From: Paramoeba atlantica
Lineage: Eukaryota; Protista; Discosea
DNA length: 64,000 nucleotides
NCBI GenBank assembly: GCA_977017575.1
Contig: CDRNVI010000018.1
Location: 248,001-312,000 of the forward strand
Reading direction: 5' to 3'
This document shows positions 10,492-19,975 of the stretch, in pieces. The position numbers were made by a program, and so were the translations under genes. The notes beneath the pieces are model-generated. The model saw nothing but the letters and a program-made list of their open reading frames with translations, was not told the DNA's origin and did not search any database. Positions within the stretch are counted from its first letter, which is position 1. Each line of letters begins with the position of its first letter.

Positions 10492-13400
10492 ATGACACGC
10501 CTTGCCCACGCACGCCTTGCTCGCGCAGACTCTCAGACATCGAAAGGCTTGGGCCTGAAAACAGGTAGACTAAAAGTGAAATCACGAATGCAAGACAAGA
10601 GGGGCCAAGAGAACAGTGAGAAAAAGTGCATAGTCAATGACGTTTCGGGTGACACTTTTGATGAGACTATTCCCCCCACCACGACAAAGACGCGCATACC
10701 ACGAATAAAAGTCATTGGAGCATCTACCCCCCCACCGACCAAACCGAAGAAAACGCCACGCATCAGAATCGTCGGAGGAGAACCTCTTCTTTCAAAGATT
10801 TGGGCAGACCACGGGACTGACCAGGCCAATTACCTCCAGGGAAACCAGAACTCCGAAGAAGGATCTGTAGCTCTGCCAAAAGATTGGGCTGGCCATGGCG
10901 AACAACACGGCGAGCATTCCGACAATACCATTAAAATCAAGCCTAAAACTTTTCGATTCACGCCTTCAAACGCCCAATCAGCCAGCGACCCACAACAAGC
11001 AAAAACGTCGGATATCGAAACGACTCAAGACTCAAGACTGATCCAGCGCGATATCGAAAATGATGAGCAACTCTCTGAAGATGAAAGTGACGAGATGTCC
11101 CTTGACAGCGATTGTGGGGTCATCGAAGAGCTTGCAAATCGGGGCGCCGTTTCCAAAGCACCGGATCATGTGCACAATGTCGTAGCAAAGTGGGGTAAAG
11201 GCACAGCTTGCATAATCGAATGGGGATTCCGTCAGGAAACGACAAACTACGTATCGAAGGGAGTCGTCGTAGGCAGAACATCTCGCAAAGGACTAATAAA
11301 AATCAAGATTTCATATGCACCAGCCCAAGGCAGCGAAGGTCCAAGTGGATTCCTTTACCTTCCGCAGACAAGCAAAATCAGAATCTGTTCCATACGAGCC
11401 ACGAAGCTGATTAAAATCGAAGCCATCGCGCGGAACTTAGAAGAACAAGCTGAGAACGTATCGAATGAAGATGGTCAAGGAGATCTCGAGCCACTGCCCC
11501 CGATGACGCCCATTGATTCATCATTTTCAGTCCATGTAGTCGCAATCTTTCGTGCAATACTTCGTGGGTATCCAACTGTAGAACTTGATTCCGAGAAAAC
11601 TGCAGTTTGGCACAAATTCCTGAACGCCCCAAGGGACTCGCTCGCAACCATTCGCCAACTCTCACGGCAAAATCAACGCGTAGGACATATAATCAAGCAT
11701 ACGGACCAATCAGAGGGCGAAAATCTGAGCGCCCAACAGAGAGAGGAACTAGGAATCGACCGTCGCTCGATTAGAAATGCTTTAGTGACCGCCCGCGCCG
11801 GAAACGTAGGGAAAGCTACTCGAATTCTGGACAACGTCTACAAGGAGTCCGCTCTCACAGCAGATGAAAAGGTACAAAAACTTCGCACATTGCATCCGGA
11901 AGGACCTAACATACAAATCCCGGAAGCCGACTTTCCACGAATCGGCATTGTAGAGAAATCGGAAGTCCGTCTTGCGGTCGAAAAACTTGCGCGAGGGGCC
12001 TCTCCAGGACCAAGCGGACTCAGCGAAAGTATGATGCGTTTGCTAGTTGACGATGAAGAAACGTGCCTGTCATTGTGTCACATGGTCCGAGATGTTATCA
12101 ATGGTGAAATACCGTCAAGCGTGCGGAAGCGTCTTACTCGATGCCGAATTATTGCTCTTCCGAAGCCACAAAATGGTATACGCCCGGTTGCCATGGGGGA
12201 CACGATCCTCAAAATCTGCGGGTCCATTTTACTTCAGCGACATGAAGCCGCACTACGAAAGTACTTTGCGCCCATCCAACGAGGTGTACTCCACAAGAAC
12301 GCGTGTGAATCAATAGTGCACGAACTACTAAGTGAATACGAGAATGGACACGCATTGATTACGGTTGACTTCAGCAATGCGTATAACACTCCACGTCGTG
12401 ACGCTATAACCCAGGCACTACTAGATAATCCCGTGTTTAAACCTTTCATGCGCATGTTTTATCTGGAATACGGCCTGCCATCTGAACTATTGTTTTTCGC
12501 CCACAATGCCCTTTTTGCAACCATAGAAAGCTCTTCAGGAATTCGCCAGGGATCATCCCTATCCTCCATGTACTTCTGTGCACTCTTACAAGGTCCTCTT
12601 CGAGAAGTCCTAAGCCTATACCCTGACGTCAAAATAAGAGCCTACCAAGACGACGTGACTCTCAGTTCCACCAACGTGCGATCACTCGAAGCGGCGTTCC
12701 TGCACTTACGCGAAACCACAGCCGAGCTCAATCTATGCGTTAACTTTCAAAAATGTGAATTCTTTCAGAAATGTGCGTCATGCGAACCCTTTTCATTAGA
12801 AAACTTAGGCGTTAATCTTTGCACCGAGTCGATAAAGATCCTAGGAGCCTATATCGGCAAAGACAATGTGGTAGAAGATCTTCTCCTGCGCAAATTGAAC
12901 AAGCACAAATGCCTATTTCGTCGCCTTCTTCTCATGGGCCCGAGTAACCTCTCTCTGGCGATTTTGCGCCGCTGTACAATTCCACGCCAAGACTACCATT
13001 TAAGAGTTCACCGCCCGGAGGCTACTCTTTACCTAGCCCAATCTTTCGAGCAGCACATACACGAGGTCCTGCAGAAATGGTGTGGCGCCGATGTCCAGGC
13101 ACTCAAGCTTGCAGCGCTCCCGCAAAAACTAGGCGGATTAGGCTTGATTTCTTGCACTCTGAAACAACAATATTACTTCGCAGCTGCCCGAGAATCTATT
13201 GAAGAGCAATTTGAACCCAATAACGCTCCGGTAGATTCAGAGGGCAGCGGCAAGGTCAAAGCTAAAGCTCAGAGCCGCGCGGAAAAGGCCCGCAAATTTC
13301 TTAAAAAGAACCTGAGCCAAGCGCATGACAAGCAATTAATTGAAGTGCAAAAAGACTCAACCTTAACAAATATCTTGAAGCGCACCAAGGAAGCTAATTT

Positions 13401-14145
13401 TCACCTCGAACATACAAGTAACTACGTTAACCCGTATCTTTTCAGATACACGCTCATGATGCGCTTGGGAATCGGCGTGCCAAAAGCACCGGCCAAAATG
13501 ATTTGCCCTGGATGTTCGAATCAAGAATCTCCTTCAACCATCCTTCCCCACGTTGCTGGATGTTCCCGTTGCTCCGGCATGAACTCTACCCGCAAGCATT
13601 CACACATAGTCCGTTATCTCGCAGAGTTATGCTCAAAAGCAGGCCTTCCTAGTGTCATCGAACCGCGCATTTACTCTTCGTACCACTGCACAAAATGTAA
13701 GTGCACGATTTCCGCAGAAGTCGCCGAGCAACATCCTTGCAAAGCCCGCCGCATTCGTTCCGGCCCAGATCTTGCCATCATGTGGCCTCACATCGGTGAG
13801 GTGCTCTATGATTTTACAGTGGTTCACACGTGCTGTACTAGCTATGCGAAACAAACCAGCTCTGCCCTCATGCAACAGGTCGCCGACAGAAAGTACAAGA
13901 AATATGTGGTTGAGAAAGGCGTCGACAGCGATTCATTCAAATGTCTGGCCGCAACAGATTGCGGCCTGCTACATGTTGATACAAAGGCCCTATTAAAGGC
14001 TCTCTCACAAAGAGCGAAGCTGAACTATGATAACGTGCGCAACGCGTTCCAACTCGAGATTGAGAAGATGTCCGCTTACACGATAGTATCTCAACTCAGA
14101 GACTACATCCCGGCAGAGAAATGGATGGGAGGACTTCGGTTGTAA
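10492..14145 (+). CDS. RT + CCHC + RLE polyprotein (family A), intact
   Basis: IRPVAMG, VDFSNAYN, GIRQGS, YQDD, CPGC..HVAGC, RSGPDL..YDFTV..KYKKY. Confidence 0.9.
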   Translation: MTRLAHARLARADSQTSKGLGLKTGRLKVKSRMQDKRGQENSEKKCIVNDVSGDTFDETIPPTTTKTRIPRIKVIGASTPPPTKPKKTPRIRIVGGEPLLSKIWADHGTDQANYLQGNQNSEEGSVALPKDWAGHGEQHGEHSDNTIKIKPKTFRFTPSNAQSASDPQQAKTSDIETTQDSRLIQRDIENDEQLSEDESDEMSLDSDCGVIEELANRGAVSKAPDHVHNVVAKWGKGTACIIEWGFRQETTNYVSKGVVVGRTSRKGLIKIKISYAPAQGSEGPSGFLYLPQTSKIRICSIRATKLIKIEAIARNLEEQAENVSNEDGQGDLEPLPPMTPIDSSFSVHVVAIFRAILRGYPTVELDSEKTAVWHKFLNAPRDSLATIRQLSRQNQRVGHIIKHTDQSEGENLSAQQREELGIDRRSIRNALVTARAGNVGKATRILDNVYKESALTADEKVQKLRTLHPEGPNIQIPEADFPRIGIVEKSEVRLAVEKLARGASPGPSGLSESMMRLLVDDEETCLSLCHMVRDVINGEIPSSVRKRLTRCRIIALPKPQNGIRPVAMGDTILKICGSILLQRHEAALRKYFAPIQRGVLHKNACESIVHELLSEYENGHALITVDFSNAYNTPRRDAITQALLDNPVFKPFMRMFYLEYGLPSELLFFAHNALFATIESSSGIRQGSSLSSMYFCALLQGPLREVLSLYPDVKIRAYQDDVTLSSTNVRSLEAAFLHLRETTAELNLCVNFQKCEFFQKCASCEPFSLENLGVNLCTESIKILGAYIGKDNVVEDLLLRKLNKHKCLFRRLLLMGPSNLSLAILRRCTIPRQDYHLRVHRPEATLYLAQSFEQHIHEVLQKWCGADVQALKLAALPQKLGGLGLISCTLKQQYYFAAARESIEEQFEPNNAPVDSEGSGKVKAKAQSRAEKARKFLKKNLSQAHDKQLIEVQKDSTLTNILKRTKEANFHLEHTSNYVNPYLFRYTLMMRLGIGVPKAPAKMICPGCSNQESPSTILPHVAGCSRCSGMNSTRKHSHIVRYLAELCSKAGLPSVIEPRIYSSYHCTKCKCTISAEVAEQHPCKARRIRSGPDLAIMWPHIGEVLYDFTVVHTCCTSYAKQTSSALMQQVADRKYKKYVVEKGVDSDSFKCLAATDCGLLHVDTKALLKALSQRAKLNYDNVRNAFQLEIEKMSAYTIVSQLRDYIPAEKWMGGLRL

Positions 14146-14398
14146 GAAGTCAGCGGACACGTCTATCTGGAATATTTATTTATTCATTTATTTATTTATT
14201 TATGAGAAGCGAACCCGTGACACAAGCGAAAAGCATTTCTAGAATGCTTAAATCATAATTCGATGCTCCTTCTTTCCTATCCCCTCCTTTGACACCCTAT
14301 ATTCCCCCTCTTCCTCATTCATTGAATTCATTCCGTTGGTCGCTCGCTTTTCCTATACAGTCGTGACCACATTAAGCCAAAAGCACACAAGATAACAC

Positions 14399-14515
14399 AA
14401 GACCATCGTTTTTTGTAAGACCATCGTTTTTTGTAAGACCATCGTTTTTTGTAAGACCATCGTTTTTTGTAAGACCATCGTTTTTTGTAAGACCATCGTT
14501 TTTTGTAAGACCATC
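14399..14515 (+). repeat. Tandem array of the 18-mer AAGACCATCGTTTTTTGT, 6.5 units
   Basis: Direct reading; same unit as 42021-42360 (opposite strand). Confidence 0.95.
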
Positions 14516-14891
14516 GCATAACCATATTTTGTGTACAGACGCATCCTCTACGGGATGGGGTGCGGTCCTGTATTTGGATTACGGGCAAGTCGTTTGTGCT
14601 GGGTCGCGGTGGCCACCTGATTTTGAGTATGAAGTCAATCGCGCAGAGGCACGCGCCGTTCGCCTCGCCTTTGAAAAATTTGGCCATCACTTTGGTAGGG
14701 ATACGTGTGTAGATGTCTTCGTTGATAACACTTCCTGCGTCGCGGCATTAAATCGTAAGATGTCTAATTCGGATGGTATTACGTCGGAGCTTCGCCGTTT
14801 GTTGGATTATTTAAAGCGCAAAGGGTTGGTAGTTAAAGCCCAGTATATTTGCTCGAAGGAAAATCCTGCCGATCCGTACAGCCGCATGTAG
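14516..14891 (+). CDS. RNase H of VIPER-like copy 1
   Basis: CTDASSTGWG, VNRAEARA, FVDNTS, ENPADPYSR (DIRS-type RNase H D-E-D-D). Confidence 0.9.
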
Positions 14892-15009
14892 TCAAAATGA
14901 ATTGAAAGTTCATCTAATTCAAAATATAGGTAGTTCCAAAAATATAGTATAACTTATTTATAACATATTTATAACTTATTTGGTATGTAGAATCATCAAA
15001 AAAAAAAAG

Positions 15010-18000
15010 AAAAAGAGTGGCAATGTTGAAAGAGCGGCAATCAGGGCAGAAATACTGTCACGTCAAGGGGAATACTCTAGGGGAATAGCCGCTCTAACCG
15101 CAGCACCCATGGCGCCGGACAACGAGGAGACCCTTGCGAAGCTTCTAGAAAAGCACCCAAATCCTCACGAAAACCCACTTGAGAACGATCTTCCACCGAT
15201 TGAGGGTAATCTCCTGCGTCTGGAGGAAGTGGAAGTCAGGAAAGCGGTCGAAAGTTTTCGCAGAGGGTCTTCTGCCGGAACAATGGGTCTACGTCCAGAA
15301 CACATCCAGGCCGCCATTTTGGAACACGCCGACAAGAAGGTGGGTCCTCTTTCGTCCCTCACTCGCCTCGTGAACCACATGCTCCAAGGAAAGGCACCGC
15401 CAGAGGTACAACTGTTCTACGCTGGAGCCCGTCTCTGCGCTCTGGAGAAAGGTGAAGAAGATGTCCGACCCATAGCAGCAGGCGAAACCCTCAGACGTCT
15501 AGTAAGCAAAGCGGCATGCGTCGCCGTAAAGGAGAAGGCTGAAACTTTATTCCGGGGAAGACAGTATGGTGTGGCTGCATCCGCGGGGGCCGAACGAGTA
15601 ATTCATCTGTGCCGGAAAACAATGCTAAACAACATGGGGAGCGACAGTCTTGTTCTCTGTAAGGTAGACCTCAGAAATGCGTTCAACAACGTCAGCAGGC
15701 CTGTCTTCACTTTGCTCACACGTCACAATTTTCCAGAACTTTCGCCCTGGGTGGAATGGTGCTACACAAACCCGAGTTGTCTTACCTACGGGAATCACTT
15801 CCTATCCTCAGCCGAAGGCGTCCAGCAAGGTGACCCATTGGGTCCGCTTCTCTTCTCTCTAGCCCTTTCTGGGGTAACCGAGGAAATATCATCCCGATCA
15901 AACCTAGATTCGCAACTATGGTATTTGGACGACGGAGTTCTCATGGGGGAGGCGGCGGAGGTTCGAAAGGCGCTTGATGTTTTTTCCGAGGTTGGTTCAC
16001 AATGCGGGCTATTTCTGAATCCGAACAAGTGTGAAATAATAACGCCACCTGCCTCAGCCCATCACACGACTTTATTTCCGGAAATACCTACCTCCAAAAT
16101 TCGTGTTGACGGGAATTTCGATATTCTCGGATCCCCGATTGGGTCTGCGGAGCACTGCGCGGAGTTCCTAATGTCTCACGCCATCGAACCCGCACGCGAG
16201 ACTCTCGCAGCAATAGGGCTAATAGGCGATCCACAAGTTGCCATCGCCCTCATCCGCCAGTGCACTGGCTTCTGCCAAATGGTGTACGCTCTCCGCACCA
16301 CACCCCCCCAGGCTCTTTTTCAACTTTGTAGCCTACTAGACGAAACCGTTCTTAAAGCTGTCGAGTGGGCACTTTTCCCCCTGGAACCCCACGCACGTGA
16401 CCAAATCCAACGAAGGAAACGCCACGGAGGTTTCGGCCTTAGGTCTACAACACTCCACGCGACAGCCGCTTACGTTTCTTCCGTCGCGCACGCCGCCGAC
16501 ATAGACGACTGGGATCCTACAGAGGCTGATGGATTCGCCATTTCGGTACAAGACGTAAACCGTAAAGCAGGAGTAGCGCTAGTGGATCCCAACACGGGGC
16601 GCACACCCAAGCAGGACAAGCCACTCCCATACTCAGGCCACCATCACAACTTCCTCCCGAAAAGGAAACGCCCACGGAGCACTCAAAACAAAATGGAAGC
16701 GGACAGGGCAACCGCGCCGGAGATGGTCATCCCTCGACAGCAGCAACTCAGCCAGGCTATCTCACAGCAGGAATTCACCACAGCATACGAGCAGGCTGAC
16801 CCTCGCACTCGCGCACGGTGGGTTTCAGAGTCGGGTAAGGGAGCAGGTAGCTGGGCTTTCGTGAAGCCCTCTAGGAGCAAAGGATACGCCTTCACACCAA
16901 CAGAGTTCCGCACGCTGTCCCAACAACAACAACAACAACAACAACAACACGCTGTCCCGCTGGTGGCTGGGATCCGACATCTATCAAGAAGATCGCCCTT
17001 GCCCAGCGAAGGGATGCACATTACCTCTGCAGAAAAATGGGGAACATGCATTGTTATGTAAGAACGGACATGGCCTCATCACCCGTCACAACGCGGTCTG
17101 TGAGCAATTCACAGCATTCTGCAGAAAAGCCGACATAGCTCCGCAAAGGGAGAAAAGCCTGGGAAATCGTGGTCCAAGAGGGGGTCTCACCAGACCTGCT
17201 GACGTGTTTTAATAGTTCACGTTTTGAAATTTAGCCGAGGGGCGGCTATATATTTGCCTGCTGGCCCTTCGGGGCACATAATTTTCTCAAATTATGATGT
17301 AGTATTCTCTAATTGCATGGAGGGGGGTGTTTACTCGTTTGTTATATTCTTGTTAGGTTGTTATTTTGTTACGTTTAAAGTTTTGTGCCCACCCACCGAG
17401 CCCCCAGCCATTTGGCCGAGGGTTCCGGTGGGGGGGGAACCCCGTTAACAGAGTGACATTGATTGTGTTGTTTTATGCAGGCTTGTTTCTTTTCCATCTT
17501 TGTGCGTGTGAAATGAATGAATGATATGTTGTGTCATTTTGAATTACGATTGAGCTATTCATAGTTGTTCATTTATTCATATATGTTATCAGTGTATATG
17601 TTTCCAGGGAGCCCCTCGGCGTGGATTTCCTCCCGAATTACACCCTGGGAAGTGGTATGGTGTTTGACTTCGCAGTCACCCACGCACAGCAACTAAAGTA
17701 TTTGGACTCTGTCCGGAATGCTAGCTGGGTGGCTGCGGGATCTTTCGCTGAACACTACTCAGCAACGAAGGATAAACAACGCCAGGAAGCGGAGGAAGCA
17801 AAATTACTTTTTACGGCCATGGTAGTTGAATCCTTTGGCTCTTGGAGTAAAAGCGCGATGGCTGTTTTGTGGAAGGTGGGGGCGTTACGCGCAAACGCGT
17901 CAAACGGTCTACTCACAGACACTCAAGCCCGAAATGACCTCAAAGAGCTGAACGTGGCTCTCATGCGCTCCCAGGCCCGGATGATGGTCTCTAGGATAGT

Positions 18001-18037
18001 CGTCAGTGACCCTGACGCTCCCCTGGAAGGGGCCTAA
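15010..18037 (+). pseudogene. Family D RT-RLE polyprotein disrupted at 16922 and 17210
   Basis: ORFs 14980..17061 and 17621..18037 are colinear with the family D copy 2 protein. Confidence 0.85.
17210..17629. mobile_element. 420-bp non-autonomous repeat, copy 2, inserted without TSD
   Basis: Removal gives GACGTGTTT|CTCCCG = DVFLP, as in family D copy 2. Confidence 0.75.
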
Positions 18038-18079
18038 GGGATCTCGGGAATACCCACTGGGACATAAACCGCTGGTCCG

Positions 18080-18340
18080 GATGCTGGTCGGTGCCGACAG
18101 GGTCTATGCTCACGCCTAGTCCGTCAGGGCTAGGTACCCCAAGTGAGGTAGGACAAGGGTAGGGAACTTTGTTCCTCCCCGTCGGCCAGCATCATGCTCC
18201 GCGACCGTGCCGCTGTCGGCACAGGCCCATTGCTTGCACCCTCTCGTACAACAAGAGAAGGGTTAACAAGGCAAGCTGGGAGTGGTCGAAAGACCCGGTT
18301 CGGAACATGCATGAGGAAGATGGGAGCGCGAATGGATTGG
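18080..18340 (+). ncRNA. Candidate structured 3'-UTR RNA (pseudoknot), family D copy 1
   Basis: Compensatory changes relative to 27318-27554 in several helices (manual). Confidence 0.6.
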
Positions 18341-18596
18341 AGAAGACCTCGCCTCCCCCCTTCTTTATCATCAAAAACCTTCTTGTGGCGTAGGTGCGAG
18401 GCGAGGCAGAGGAAGACCTTACCCTCCCTGGAAAGGTGGAAGTTCGGTAAGGGGAAGTGGGAAAGTTGGGAAGTGGGAAGGTTGGGAAGTGGGAAAGTTG
18501 GTTTGCTAAAAAAAAAAAACACCAAAAAAGTTTTGGGCTACAACATGTGAAATTGCTAATTTGATTGCTTGTTAAAAAAAAAAAAAAAAAAACTTA

Positions 18597-18635
18597 AATC
18601 TTTAACGATAAAGATACAGTTTCTGTACCTTGTTG
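18597..18635 (+). other. Complete 39-nt spliced-leader-like sequence
   Basis: AATCTTTAACGATAAAGATACAGTTTCTGTACCTTGTTG. ACAGTTTCTGTAC at nt 20-32 and terminal TTG match the trypanosome mini-exon. Confidence 0.85.
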
Positions 18636-19378
18636 AATTATTTTCCTTTTCTTTATATCTTTCGCGCGCTATGGTTGTTTCAACTCGATCTAACACAAAA
18701 CGGGACTCGAGCTTTGTCTATGTCTGCGAGCCGGGATCCCATGCGAGCGTGAACCGCGACAATTCACATCATACCGATGCCTTAAATGTACCGAAGCGGT
18801 GAGCGAACAGCGAAAACAGGAGCATCAGAAAACATGTGGAACCACATCCTTCCATCGAAGCGGCCCGGACCTCGTGATCTTTTGGGTGTCGGGTGAAATA
18901 TTTTATGATTTCACGGTAACAAATGAACTATCGAAATCAAACATCCACAAACGGGGAGCCCAACTGATGCAGGAAGCAGAAAAAAGGAAGCTGGACACTT
19001 ATGTAAACTCCGATCTAATTCCTCGGGAAAAATTTGTATGCCCTTATCAGTGCTTGCCGGAGGAGCCATGAACAAAAGCAGTGTCGCCCTTCTGAAGGCA
19101 TTAGCTGATGCAAACGGACGTGATCGTGAAACCGTAGTGCGAGATTTTGGAATGCATCTACAAGAATTAAACGGTGTCATTCTGAACGCTCAAATGGGCA
19201 AAGCGTTGTCGCAAGTTTAAAATTTAATATTTAGTTATTCAATAGCCAGCTTACAAAGACGCGTAAGCTTAGTTAGTTACTATCCCCCTGACAAGGGGGG
19301 TAGCGCCAATACGAAACGGAAGAAAACAGAATATGATGAGCATGAGTGTGAAGTCTGGTCGTGTAAAAAAAAAAAAAA
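18597..19378 (+). mobile_element. Internally deleted CRE derivative (RLE domain only, frameshifted), SL to poly(A)
   Basis: ATG 18671 (MVVSTRS) joins HRSGPDLVIFW..FYDFTV..LQELNG; no RT motifs; A14 at 19365-19378. Confidence 0.75.
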
Positions 19379-19414
19379 CTTTAACGATAAAGATACAGTT
19401 TCTGTACCTTGTTG
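19379..19414 (+). other. Spliced-leader relic (SL nt 4-39) directly after poly(A)
   Basis: Direct match. Confidence 0.85.
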
Positions 19415-19975
19415 AATTATTTCCCTTTTCTTCCATACACCATCTCCTCTACAATGGGAGGGCACCCCCCTCAATCACACTCTCTCTTGTCCGCACCCCC
19501 CCTCCGTCTCTCGTCCCATCACCCCCCTGCATCCAAAAAAAAAAATCCAAATCACTCCGGATTGCTCCGGATGGTCACTGGCAAGCCAGACCCTTCACAG
19601 ACAGATTTGGAGGTTCCGAGGCCGACGTCCTCTACCAGTTTCCGCTTGTCCAAGGCGGCACGAACGTGCTGTTGCCAACACGCTGCGTCGACGAACTGTA
19701 CGTCAACACGGCTTACCCATCAGAGGTGTAAGCCGGGTGAGGGAGCTGGTTCCCTGAGGGGAGGGTTCGGGACGGTCCTCCGAGTACTGGGCCTAGTCGG
19801 TTCTCAGCCCAGCCTCTTAGAGTGAGGCCGCCAGGAATATTGCGATGAGCGGGTTTGAACTCGCCATCTGAGCACCATGTGCTTCAAACTTTGAATTCTT
19901 GCCACTCCGCCACCTCCGCCTAACCCCTGCATCCGTATTCCCCCACTTCGTCCTTCCCTCTCAGCGACGAATGTC

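Larger units (their letters stand above)
10452..14515 (+). mobile_element. CRE family A, full length, nested between VIPER-like RT and RNase H
   Basis: SL relic at the 5' end; TSD GCATAAC(T/C)ATA at 10439-10449 / 14516-14526; removal restores HNYxLCTDAS. Confidence 0.85.
5450..15008 (+). mobile_element. VIPER/TATE-like tyrosine-recombinase (DIRS-order) retroelement, copy 1, degenerate, with nested insertions
   Basis: Order gag-like ORF / CCHC / YR / RT / RNase H is the VIPER-TATE order. Homologous to 58291-64000. Ends in A11 at 14998-15008. Confidence 0.8.
15010..18592 (+). mobile_element. CRE-clade family D, copy 1, 5'-truncated, with two insertions; poly(A) at 18574-18592
   Basis: RT motifs VRPIAAGE, VDLRNAFN, GVQQGDPLGP, YLDD; RLE FDFAVTH; similar to 24401-27271. 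Confidence 0.85.

Noticed and set aside
18080-18340. Naming the 3' RNA as an HDV-like ribozyme or group I intron
   Set aside because: Only GCGAATGG and a TTCCTCC loop-like motif fit. P3/P1.1 and the group I P/Q/R/S elements could not be built, so it is kept as an unnamed candidate.
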